Assembly (NCBI GenBank): GCA_038230075.1
Contig: JBBRNV010000005.1
Coordinates: 14,071-78,070, forward strand
Direction: 5' to 3'
Origin: Minisyncoccia bacterium
GTDB taxonomy: Bacteria; Patescibacteriota; Minisyncoccia; Phycocordibacterales; CALRBL01
DNA length: 64,000 nt
Shown one piece after another: positions 38,734 to 47,759 of this stretch. The position numbers were made by a program, and so were the translations under genes. How positions within the stretch are numbered: the first letter of the stretch is position 1; the number at the start of each line of letters is the position of its first letter. A model generated the notes under the pieces. It had not been told where the DNA came from and did not search any database. It was given only the letters and a program-made list of their open reading frames with translations.

Positions 38734-40230
38734 AGAATCACATTTAGAAAAATCAAGGTTGGAAGCCTCGGCGCAAAGCGCCTCGGCATGGTATTTTTCC
38801 GCAATTTTGAAGGCATTTTTGAAATCGCACGCCAGCGTGCGGTCGGCAATGCGGAAGTTCGAACCAATCTTTTTGAGAAAATCCCGTCCCGCGACGGGAT
38901 TTTCTTGTTGAGCGTATTTTTCGGCTTGGTTGGCCTCTTTTAGAAAGGCAATGGCAAGTTCGAACCGATTATTGCTCTTTCGCTCAAAAGACTGGATTTT
39001 CTCCTGAAAATCTTTTTTAGCGAGAATGAGCTTGTGCTTTTTAGTGGCATATTCCGTTTGCAATAAATTGCCTTCAAGTTGTAAATCGAGCAAACGATCA
39101 AGTTTTGTCTCAACCTGCACAAGCTCATCTCTCGTCTTTTGAGCAAAAGAGCTTTCCGCTTGGGCAATATCTATTTTTTCTTTTTCAAAATATGCGATTG
39201 AAACATTGACCCAAGCGGAAGACAAAGAAACTTTTTTGATTTCCTCTTTTATTTGAGAAGTGATGGCGTCCTCTCTCGCGTATCTTTGCGAGCAAGGATT
39301 TTTCCGTTTGGTACAGCGGAGATAGTTGTGTCCCTTTTGTGTTTCAGTGGTAATGAAGCAACCACATTCTCCGCAACGGAAAAATCCTCTATACACATAA
39401 GGTTTCAACTTTGGCGATTTCGGTTTGCTCTTATTCGCCATCACTTCTTGAACGGAATCAAAAAGTTTCTTTGTGATAATCGGTTCATGCTTTCCGTCAT
39501 ACAATTCGCCGTTATATTCAATCATTCCAAAATAGATTTTATTTTTCAGCATGTACTGATAATTTGAGACGGAAAGCATTTTACCTTTCTTGCCAACCAA
39601 GCCCAAGGAATTGATAATCTTTCGGATTTGAGCGAGGGGGTATTCGCCAGTAGCGTACATTTCAAAAGCCCGCTTGATATACTTTGCCTTTTCTTTATCA
39701 ACAGCGATACAGCGGGCATTCTTGTCGTTCACATAGCCAAGCGGCGCCCAAGCGGGCCATATTCCATTTCTCAATTTCTGGCGAATACCCCTCTTTATAT
39801 TTTCCGAAAGATTATCCACATAGTATTTTGATTGCCCAAAAGCAATGGACAACATAAATTTCCCTTGCGGTGTGCAGTCAAACCAAAAAGTGGGAAATTT
39901 TAGCGTGGTAATTTTGCCAGTATCTACGAGATAGATAATCCGTCCGCCGTCTATAGAATTGCGAGCAAGGCGGTCGGGGTGCCACGCTAAAATTCCTTCC
40001 GCTTCGTTTTTCTCTATGCCCGCCACCATATCATTAAAAATTTCTCGCCCCGGCTCTTTGGCGGTTTTGCTTTCCACAAATTCACGGACGATCTGCAAAT
40101 TTTCTTTTCGCGCGTATTCTTTTAGCTCGAAAATTTGCGCTTCAATACTCAAAACCTGCCTTTCGGGTTCGTCCGTGGATTTGCGGGCATAGAGGAAAAA
40201 CTTTTTGGTTTGTAAATTTATGTTGTCCAT
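38719..40230 (-). CDS. Large serine recombinase (integrase)
   Basis: YARKS catalytic Ser, DRLARN, recombinase domain (APLGY, HEPII), Zn ribbon CGECG..YLRC..C, coiled coil; stop codon lies inside the tRNA. Confidence 0.93.
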   Translation of the reverse strand: MDNINLQTKKFFLYARKSTDEPERQVLSIEAQIFELKEYARKENLQIVREFVESKTAKEPGREIFNDMVAGIEKNEAEGILAWHPDRLARNSIDGGRIIYLVDTGKITTLKFPTFWFDCTPQGKFMLSIAFGQSKYYVDNLSENIKRGIRQKLRNGIWPAWAPLGYVNDKNARCIAVDKEKAKYIKRAFEMYATGEYPLAQIRKIINSLGLVGKKGKMLSVSNYQYMLKNKIYFGMIEYNGELYDGKHEPIITKKLFDSVQEVMANKSKPKSPKLKPYVYRGFFRCGECGCFITTETQKGHNYLRCTKRKNPCSQRYAREDAITSQIKEEIKKVSLSSAWVNVSIAYFEKEKIDIAQAESSFAQKTRDELVQVETKLDRLLDLQLEGNLLQTEYATKKHKLILAKKDFQEKIQSFERKSNNRFELAIAFLKEANQAEKYAQQENPVAGRDFLKKIGSNFRIADRTLACDFKNAFKIAEKYHAEALCAEASNLDFSKCDSWRRR

Positions 40231-40478
40231 ATTGTTTTGAAATTAGTTTTTGGGCAATCAGGGAAAAATACGCTCAACCTTTCGCCGAAAGCGAAAGAAA
40301 AAAGATTGGTTTGCAAAATTCCATTTTGCCAGAACTTCGCTCTGCGAACTTCCGCATTGCCGACCGTACGCTGGCGTGCGATTTCAAAAATGCCTTCAAA
40401 ATTGCGGAAAAATACCATGCCGAGGCGCTTTGCGCCGAGGCTTCCAACCTTGATTTTTCTAAATGTGATTCTTGGCGG
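38728..40478. repeat. 134-bp inverted repeat (38728-38861 / 40345-40478), 1 mismatch
   Basis: Direct comparison; extends through 13-bp (38862-74/40299-311) and 16-bp (38907-22/40263-78) blocks. Confidence 0.95.
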
Positions 40479-40779
40479 TGTTTCTTGATTGATGTTCGAA
40501 CATTTTTTGAAGAAAATCCGAATTCCGAATTTTAAAATCCAGTTGCTCGGGCGGGCAAAAAGGAAGGGGGTTGGGGGGAAGGAATTTTTGCCCGCCCTCG
40601 CTTTCCAATCCCAATTTTTTTCCGCCGCCGTCGCCGAATTTCGTATTTCGCTTTGCGAAATGCGCCGCCTAGAATTTTGGTTGCCAAATTTCAATGTTTT
40701 TGTTATCATTATATTAAGCTAGTTGATATACACTCAATATAAGTAGTGTATTATAATAGTTTATCAAAGTCAAAACAAT

Positions 40780-41094
40780 ATGGCAAATCAATCGGTAAAA
40801 GAAACATTTGAATCACTTTGGGAATGTTGCACTTCTAATAAGAGGGTATGCCCAATGCCAATGAAGTGGAATGATTTATATCAAATGTTAAATGATACCA
40901 AGCAAGTCGGTGCCGGTTATGAGCCGTCAATCCCCTTGATTTTAGGAGCATGGGGAAATACTTCAGACGAAGATAAACTAAATAGATTGAGAATTCATAT
41001 TAAATGGGCTTCAGATCATAATCAGCTTGATGAAATTGGAAAATATTTGAGATCACTTTCAGAAGAAGATTGGGCTCATTACGGAGAAATATAA
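40780..41094 (+). CDS. Hypothetical cargo protein (Trp-rich, 104 aa)
   Basis: Clean ORF heading the cargo operon; CPMP..W, PLILGAW. Confidence 0.7.
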   Translation: MANQSVKETFESLWECCTSNKRVCPMPMKWNDLYQMLNDTKQVGAGYEPSIPLILGAWGNTSDEDKLNRLRIHIKWASDHNQLDEIGKYLRSLSEEDWAHYGEI

Positions 41095-41098
41095 TTTT

Positions 41099-41299
41099 AT
41101 GGCAAATACAGTAAGCGAAAACATCCGCAAATTACGAATCAAAAAAGGAATATCCCAAGATCGCCTCTCAAAAGAGGCTGATTTGGCGTTAAATACAGTT
41201 GTGAAGATAGAAACAGGCGGAAGCCCGAATCCAACCGTGGATACTTTAGAAAAAATAGCCAAAGCCCTCGGCGTTCCGGTGGCTGAATTATTTAAATAA
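41099..41299 (+). CDS. XRE-family HTH regulator
   Basis: NIRKLR...GISQ..L, IETG..PNPT..TL.KIA.ALGV. Confidence 0.9.
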   Translation: MANTVSENIRKLRIKKGISQDRLSKEADLALNTVVKIETGGSPNPTVDTLEKIAKALGVPVAELFK

Positions 41300-41303
41300 A
41301 AAT

Positions 41304-43934
41304 ATGTTAACACAAAAATACGACGAACTTTTTAATCCGCTATTAGAAGCACTCAATAATCTTGGGGGCTCTTCTTCGATTAAGAAAATAGAAGAGGAGG
41401 TTGCAAATATTCTTAATTTAACAGCAGAGGATAGATATGATAAGCATCGTGGAAATAGAACAAAGCTAGAATATAGATTAGCATGGGCTAGTAATTACTT
41501 AAAAAGATATGGCTTAATTGATAAATCAAAAAGAGGAATATGGTCTCTAACTGAAGACGGAAAGAGAACCAACATTGTTGACAAAGACGAAGTTAATCAA
41601 TTTGTTAAAACATTAGATTTAAAAAAATCTAATGTTCGTTTAACAAAAAAAATAGTTGAGAAAATCAATATAGTTGAATTTCTTCAAAAAATTGATTTGG
41701 AGGCTTTTAAATATGAACCTCATTTTTTAACTAACCCCGGAGTAAGAGTTAAGGATATTCTATCCAGCGTTGAAAAGAGATGGGTATTGCCGAATTTCCA
41801 AAGATATTATGATTGGGACAAGGAGGACGTAAGGGCTTTTTTGGAATCCATTTTTAAGGACTATTTTGTAGGATCGCTGCTTTTGTGGGAAGTAGAGAAA
41901 GAACCAGAGATTGCTTATTTTCCGATACAAGGTGTTAAAAACAAAATTGATAAGCCAGAAATAATTATTCTTGATGGCCAACAAAGGATTACTTCGTTGT
42001 ATTATGCGATTAAAAATCCAACTCTAGAAGAGGATGGTGTTAAATCGTTGTTTTATATAAATTTCAAAAATTATTTTGAAAATTTATCTTCCGACATTGT
42101 TATTACAAGTAGTAGAAAATTAAGCATTAGAGAGTCGGTAGAGTCCTTACTTTTCCCATTTTACGAACTGGAAAATCATGTCGAATGGATGCGAGAATTT
42201 GTTGATTTTTATGAAGAGCAGGATGGAATTGACAAAAGAAAGTTAAAAGAGCTTAGCAGAATAATGGAGGACAGGGTTCGTCATATGTGGGGAAGTTTTC
42301 AAATTCCCGAAATTAAACTTCCGGCCTCAATGAAACTTCATCATGTTGTTGATATATTTGAAAACATAAACACAAGAGGGAAACTTCTTGACGCTTTTGA
42401 TCTTTTAATTGCAGCCTCCATAAAACAGAATATTGATTTAAGAAAATTATGGGATGGTTCACGTCAGAAGTACCCAAACCTTGCTAGATATGCCGAAAAA
42501 ACAAAAAACAAGATTAGGATGTATATTTTGCAATCAATTTCGCTACTCCATAATCCAACTAGTTCATGCAAAAAAAGTGACATATTAGAATTATACGAGC
42601 AAATATACTCAAATAAGGGAAAGGACCCAAAAACTTTTGAAAAGCATTGGGAAGAAATGTCTGATTATGTAAATTTGGCCATAAAGGAGATGGAGGATCT
42701 CAAAGGTGGTTTTGGAATAATTGATGAATCACATGTTCCATTCATGTCGATAATTCCGATACTGGCTGCATTAAAAAGAGAGGTTGATTCGAGAGATAAT
42801 AAGCATAGTTGTAATGAAAAAATCAAACAATGGTATTGGTCAGTGGTATTTAGTGAAGCATATTCATCTGCGGTTGATAGCCAGCTAACATTAGACTTTA
42901 AGGAATTAAAGGAGTGGTTCTCCGATGATACAAAAATTCCAAAAAGCGTGGAAGAGGCAAGAATTCTCATTAAAACTTTGAATTTAAAAAAGGTTAATAC
43001 TTTTTCAAGTGCTGTTTTTCGTGGAGTACTCTCTTTACTAGCCATAAAAGGATCTAAAGATTTGCAAACAGGTGAAATGGTTAATAATAGAAATGACTAT
43101 CATAAAGACCATATATTTCCGAAAAGCAAATCAGAAAAATATGTTACTACAAAAAAGGAGCTAGATTCAATATTAAATATGGCTTGGTTGACAAGTCCCA
43201 CTAACGAAAGCAAGGGCGCAAAAGAACCAAAGAAATACTTTGAAGAGTTTGAGAGTAAATACAACGGAAATAAAGGAGCGTACACAGAAGTTCTTGAATC
43301 ACACTTCATCAACAAAGAGGACTACGACTATCTTCTAGATAATAATTTCGAAGAATTTATAGTCGAAAGAGAAAGTGTTTTAGTGGACGAGATTAAAAGA
43401 TTAATTGGTTGGAATAAACATGATCAAGACAGTGATATCCAAAATAACGATATCGACCAATTAATAAATTCTTACGAAAATGAAAAACTTGAGTTTAAGT
43501 CAACATTTAAAAAAAACATACTAACACAAAAATCTGATGAAATTATTAGATTTTCAGTGCTTAAAACAATAGCTGGTTTTTTGAATGCACGAGGAGGAAC
43601 TTTAATAATTGGTTATGACGAAAAAGGCAAGAAGGTAATTGGATTGGAACAAGATTACGAATTAATGAAGAGGGGTGATCGAGATAGTTTTGAGTTAGAG
43701 TTTTGGAATTACATTGAAGCGAATATTGATAAGGATGTAGTGAAAAATAATATAAATTTGAGATTTGAATTAATTGATGAGAAAGAGCTGGCAGTAATTG
43801 AAATCAAAAGAAGTTCAAAGCCAATTTATATTAAAAAAGCTGACAAAAAAATTCTTTATACTCGTAACAGAAATGAGACTGAGAATTTAGAAGATCCTGA
43901 AGAAATTCATAATTATATAGAAAAACATTTCTAA
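41304..43934 (+). CDS. Mrr_N + GmrSD (DUF262/DUF1524) + Schlafen/AlbA_2 fusion; putative modification-dependent defence nuclease
   Basis: RLAWA..YLK..GL....RG.W.LT..G; PNFQR.Y.W, DGQQR, F..IN..G; DHIFP..N......N..K; E...LEFKST, GFLNARGGTLIIG. Confidence 0.85.
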   Translation: MLTQKYDELFNPLLEALNNLGGSSSIKKIEEEVANILNLTAEDRYDKHRGNRTKLEYRLAWASNYLKRYGLIDKSKRGIWSLTEDGKRTNIVDKDEVNQFVKTLDLKKSNVRLTKKIVEKINIVEFLQKIDLEAFKYEPHFLTNPGVRVKDILSSVEKRWVLPNFQRYYDWDKEDVRAFLESIFKDYFVGSLLLWEVEKEPEIAYFPIQGVKNKIDKPEIIILDGQQRITSLYYAIKNPTLEEDGVKSLFYINFKNYFENLSSDIVITSSRKLSIRESVESLLFPFYELENHVEWMREFVDFYEEQDGIDKRKLKELSRIMEDRVRHMWGSFQIPEIKLPASMKLHHVVDIFENINTRGKLLDAFDLLIAASIKQNIDLRKLWDGSRQKYPNLARYAEKTKNKIRMYILQSISLLHNPTSSCKKSDILELYEQIYSNKGKDPKTFEKHWEEMSDYVNLAIKEMEDLKGGFGIIDESHVPFMSIIPILAALKREVDSRDNKHSCNEKIKQWYWSVVFSEAYSSAVDSQLTLDFKELKEWFSDDTKIPKSVEEARILIKTLNLKKVNTFSSAVFRGVLSLLAIKGSKDLQTGEMVNNRNDYHKDHIFPKSKSEKYVTTKKELDSILNMAWLTSPTNESKGAKEPKKYFEEFESKYNGNKGAYTEVLESHFINKEDYDYLLDNNFEEFIVERESVLVDEIKRLIGWNKHDQDSDIQNNDIDQLINSYENEKLEFKSTFKKNILTQKSDEIIRFSVLKTIAGFLNARGGTLIIGYDEKGKKVIGLEQDYELMKRGDRDSFELEFWNYIEANIDKDVVKNNINLRFELIDEKELAVIEIKRSSKPIYIKKADKKILYTRNRNETENLEDPEEIHNYIEKHF

Positions 43935-44133
43935 ATTATTTTGGCGGCGTGCCAGTTTCACTGGCACGAAATTCGGCGGCGGCGGAAAAAAATTGGAATC
44001 GGAAAGCGAGGGCGGGCAAAAATTCCTTCCCCCCAACCCCCTTCCTTTTTGCCCGCCCGAGCAACTGGATTTTAAAATTCGGAATTCGGATTTTCTTCAA
44101 AAAATGTTCGAACATCAATCAAGAAACACCGCA

Positions 44134-44176
44134 CATAACAATAAAGACCACCTCATTGGTGGTCTTTATTGTTATG
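44134..44176. terminator. 19-bp hairpin; probable original terminator of tRNA-Ser
   Basis: cataacaataaagaccacc-tcatt-ggtggtctttattgttatg, 1 nt after the right CCGC core. Confidence 0.75.
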
Positions 44177-44239
44177 CTACATAAGATAGAGAGATTCGGG
44201 TCGAACCTCCTTTCGAAAGGAATCTCACATTTACCACCT

Positions 44240-45070
44240 TCAAGCATTAATCCCCTTCAATACCTCACGAATCATTTTATTATGATCAACTTTCTTTCCT
44301 CCAGCTTTTACATATTCAAACATTTCTCTCATGAAGCCTGTCATATTTTTATTGATAATTTCAATAGCAACATCTTCATGCCAATTAATAATTAATGTGG
44401 TGTCTTTGAAAATCCATATTTCTGAATCGTAGTTAAAACGATCATTGGGAAACACGGTATAGTCTGCCATTCTTCCCTCAAGGGTCTTTGTTGACTCCTT
44501 ATACCTCTGAGGATCAGACGTTATTTCTTTTTCATACGAATCATACGCACCCTCATTCAAAATACCATCAACAACCAAGTGATTATCGATAATTGATTTA
44601 TTGAAACTTCTGAATTGTTCGGGGGTTAGTTTGTGAATTTGATCGAGATACGATCGGTGATGCTGAATCGCCTTAATGCGCTCGTTTTTATTCAACGAAG
44701 CGATGCGTGCAAATGTTGGAATAATCTCTTTGGGTCCAACGTGAATAATAAACTCATTTTCTTTGGCAGTTTTAATACGCGCACCCTTTTTTGTTTCTGT
44801 GGCAATAGTTACTTCATCAATAATATTCTGCAATTCTAGAACAAATTGTTGCTGTGTAAGTGCAATGTATCTATATCGTTTACCAAATTTCACCTGATTC
44901 ACCAACTTCCTTTCTAAAAGCTCTTTCAAGGTGAAAGCGACACTTGTTCGAGGAATCCCCGTCTCTTTTGCGACATGACTAAGACTTTTGGCAGTACTCA
45001 TTGATCGCAACAACTCAATTGAAACATCAGACAAGCCAAGCATTTTTAGTATTTTTTTATCCCACATCAT
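44240..45070 (-). CDS. TrmB-like HTH transcriptional regulator
   Basis: L..LGLS, VAKETGIPRTSV...L.EL....LV. Confidence 0.7.
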   Translation of the reverse strand: MMWDKKILKMLGLSDVSIELLRSMSTAKSLSHVAKETGIPRTSVAFTLKELLERKLVNQVKFGKRYRYIALTQQQFVLELQNIIDEVTIATETKKGARIKTAKENEFIIHVGPKEIIPTFARIASLNKNERIKAIQHHRSYLDQIHKLTPEQFRSFNKSIIDNHLVVDGILNEGAYDSYEKEITSDPQRYKESTKTLEGRMADYTVFPNDRFNYDSEIWIFKDTTLIINWHEDVAIEIINKNMTGFMREMFEYVKAGGKKVDHNKMIREVLKGINA

Positions 45071-45250
45071 ATGGATAGTATACATTCGGGCAATATTATT
45101 GTCACTTTTTATATTGTTTTTAAGGCTATATATATTGTTTTCTTATACAAATAGGCTTATTTTATCTATTTACATGATTAAATATATGTTTCTTAATATA
45201 ATTATCCTAGTTAGAGATTAACAGCAAATTATTAAGTAAGAAAATTATAT

Positions 45251-46354
45251 ATGAATAAAAAAATACAAATAACAGTATTAGTGGTAGCGGTGGTTGCAGT
45301 CATTATTGGCGTTACAATCTTCAGTAAAGATTCACAACAACCTAGTGACAAACCTCTCACCCTCGGCATCATGCTTCCACTTACAGGAGACTATGCAGCC
45401 GCAGGTCAGAACATGCAAAAAGGAATGGAATTAGCGTTGGATGAATATAAAAAGAGCCATCCTGAAGCGTCTATCAAAGTGGTTACTGAAGATGACGGAT
45501 ATGACGCAAAAAAAGGAGTTGCTGCATACAAGAAACTAACAGATCTTGATCATGTTGATGCAATCTTAATGCTTTCAACTCCAGTTATCGATGCAATTCA
45601 CGAAGATGTGGTAAAAAAGGGAATCCCTGTTATTCAACTTGGTGTTCAAACTGTTGGAATCGCAAACGACAACATCTTCCAATTTAGTCCCGCAGCTGAA
45701 TCCCCTATCGGATATCTTGCAACATACTTAAAAGATACTACTGACTTTAAATCTAAGAAAGTGGCCGTGATATATGACAACTCGGCTGCACAGATTAGTT
45801 TCTTTAAGGTCTTTCAAGAACGATACGGAAATGGATTCACTCCGTTTGTTGTGAATAGCAAAAGTGACTTACGTGGATACGCTTCGAAGATTGCGGTCGA
45901 AAAGTACGAATCAGTGGTAGTTATTGAATCCCCTGAAAACGGAGCAATCTTCACTAAAGAATTGCTCACTATTGATCCAACACTTCCAGTTCTTGCATAC
46001 GACGCACAGCTTCAAACAGGATTCGCCGACTACGGACGAATCTTGGGTGACACTAATAAAATTAACGGAGCTAAGTCTATGTGGTTTAAAGCAGGAAAGA
46101 CTGATGAATTCAAAACTCTCTTCAAAGCAAAGTACTCTGAAGAACCTGGATTTCTTGCAGACTTTGCCTTCGATATGGTTAATGTTGCACTCAACACTCA
46201 CAACAATAGTGATGCGGTATGGATAAGTAACCTACAGAAAGTTAATGATCCAAATGGTGTTTCTGGCTCTATCTCATTTGATGAACAAGGGGTCCGAATT
46301 CAACCCATGGTCATCACTCAGGTAACAAACGGTACGTTGGAACCGATTCAGTAA
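45251..46354 (+). CDS. LivJ-type periplasmic-binding-fold protein (orphan)
   Basis: LGIMLPLTGDYA..G, EDD.YD, G.SG.ISFD..G.R; N-terminal anchor. Confidence 0.85.
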   Translation: MNKKIQITVLVVAVVAVIIGVTIFSKDSQQPSDKPLTLGIMLPLTGDYAAAGQNMQKGMELALDEYKKSHPEASIKVVTEDDGYDAKKGVAAYKKLTDLDHVDAILMLSTPVIDAIHEDVVKKGIPVIQLGVQTVGIANDNIFQFSPAAESPIGYLATYLKDTTDFKSKKVAVIYDNSAAQISFFKVFQERYGNGFTPFVVNSKSDLRGYASKIAVEKYESVVVIESPENGAIFTKELLTIDPTLPVLAYDAQLQTGFADYGRILGDTNKINGAKSMWFKAGKTDEFKTLFKAKYSEEPGFLADFAFDMVNVALNTHNNSDAVWISNLQKVNDPNGVSGSISFDEQGVRIQPMVITQVTNGTLEPIQ

Positions 46355-46370
46355 GTCAAAAAGCAAGACA

Positions 46371-46407
46371 AACAAAAAGACCGGGCAAGAAGCTCGGTCT
46401 TTTTGTT
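46371..46407. terminator. Bidirectional terminator
   Basis: aacaaaaagaccgggc / gctcggtctttttgtt. Confidence 0.75.
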
Positions 46408-46425
46408 ATCTATTGAGAACTTCTA

Positions 46426-46899
46426 TTACTTAACTTCTGACATTGGAGCACTCATTCCATCCTTTTTTCCACACCAGCACATTCCTTGAGACATTCCACA
46501 TTTAAAGATTGAAAATCTTCCTGCGCCCAAGAATATTAATGCAATCGAGTTTAAAATAAGAAGAGCATTTGGAACGTATGCTGGAAATCCTGCTTTTCCT
46601 GTAACTGTAGCGATGGCAACAACCATAACCACTGAAAGGAAAATTGCAGAAACAGGAATAAGAATACCGAGCAAGATTGCAAGACCCCCAAGAAGTTCTC
46701 CCCAAGCAACAATGTAAGTTAGAAATGTTGGAATTCCGAGTTGTGCAAAAAACGCAACTGTCATTCCCATATCACTAACTTTCATCCAACCAAAAATAAT
46801 AAAAGTAATACCTACTCCGATTCGAAGCAGCAGAAGACCAAGGTCTTTTGCTGAACAATTCATAGAATCACATGATCCAGAACACATATTTTTAAACAT
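46426..46899 (-). CDS. DoxX-family membrane protein
   Basis: LLLLRIGVG..F...G..K, ELLGG...LLG, GAGRFS. Confidence 0.85.
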   Translation of the reverse strand: MFKNMCSGSCDSMNCSAKDLGLLLLRIGVGITFIIFGWMKVSDMGMTVAFFAQLGIPTFLTYIVAWGELLGGLAILLGILIPVSAIFLSVVMVVAIATVTGKAGFPAYVPNALLILNSIALIFLGAGRFSIFKCGMSQGMCWCGKKDGMSAPMSEVK

Positions 46900-46951
46900 A
46901 TAAAACGCTATTATCTTAATAATACGAACAACGCACATAACTATAGCATGT

Positions 46952-47662
46952 TTAAAACTTATCGGTTTTATTAATGATTTCTCTAAAAATAGGGTTGCCT
47001 GTGTGATTTTCAACTTGCTCAACAGCCCACATGGTTCCTTCGTGCTTTTCTTTTGTATTCGATATTTCTTCTTTTGTCAGCCACTTATTTTCACCCGAGT
47101 CGAATTTTTCAAGAAGAATTCCTCGTATATTTGTGGCACGAAATGCGTAGAAGAACTTATCTTCAAGAACCTCGCACTCTGTTGAGATATCAGTTCGATG
47201 TTCAATACAAAACAGTTCAATATCACCTTCAAGTCCAGACTCTTCCATTAATTCGCGCTTGGCGGCGTCAACAATTGATTCTCCGTATTTTATTTTCCCA
47301 CCCAGAAATGCATATACGCCAAAGAAGGGTTGCTTAAGACGTTTTTGAAAAAGATATTCTTTTGTTCCATCACCTCTTATTCGTACAGCAGCAATCAACA
47401 CACTTGTTTTTGCTTGTTTCTCAAATACCATTTCTTTGCTGTCGGTATCGAAACGATTAGCATATTCTTTTCCTTTAAGAGAAAGCTCGTATGTTCCTTT
47501 TTCGTTTTTCACAATTAAATTTTCTTCAACTAGTCTTTTAACATGAAAGTTGAAATGATCAGTCGTCATTCCCTTAGGAACCATGTCAGTAAATCGACTG
47601 TCTTTGGTAAACAACAAATGCTTCAAAATATACTTTTGGATGTCATGTGGGTTTTGATTCAT
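46952..47662 (-). CDS. Winged-HTH + NUDIX hydrolase fusion
   Basis: N-terminal F.FH.K.L...LI.K...Y.L..KG; Nudix box GGKIKYGESIVDAAKRELMEESGL. Confidence 0.85.
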   Translation of the reverse strand: MNQNPHDIQKYILKHLLFTKDSRFTDMVPKGMTTDHFNFHVKRLVEENLIVKNEKGTYELSLKGKEYANRFDTDSKEMVFEKQAKTSVLIAAVRIRGDGTKEYLFQKRLKQPFFGVYAFLGGKIKYGESIVDAAKRELMEESGLEGDIELFCIEHRTDISTECEVLEDKFFYAFRATNIRGILLEKFDSGENKWLTKEEISNTKEKHEGTMWAVEQVENHTGNPIFREIINKTDKF

Positions 47663-47759
47663 ACAGGAACCATAGCAAGCGCTGTAAATTAATCTAGTAA
47701 AGTGAACTTCAGTAGTACATTTCAAATAACCCTTGTTTGTAAGGGTTATTTGGCAGAAG

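Larger units (their letters stand above)
38728..44132. mobile_element. ~5.4-kb integrative element (large serine recombinase plus defence cargo) bounded by CCGC cores, with an internal inverted attP copy
   Basis: CCGC at 38728-38731 and 44129-44132; joining the two ends reproduces the internal sequence at 40345-40630 in inverted orientation; removing the element places the tRNA next to the 44134-44176 hairpin. Confidence 0.88.
40475..44132. repeat. 156-bp inverted repeat (40475-40630 / 43977-44132), 2 mismatches
   Basis: Direct comparison; continues after a 3-bp indel to about 40644/43966. Confidence 0.95.

Noticed and set aside
38728-44132. Inverted arms as IS terminal repeats or a simple assembly artefact
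   Set aside because: No transposase or target duplication beyond the 4-bp core; the copies differ by substitutions and swapped hairpins, unlike an assembly duplicate (read-level confirmation is still needed)
38562-44395. Near-duplicate ORFs 38562-38867, 40218-40709, 40237-40488, 40489-40722, 43936-44118, 43949-44395
   Set aside because: Shared peptides come from the inverted arms, and one overlaps a tRNA; no independent coding evidence
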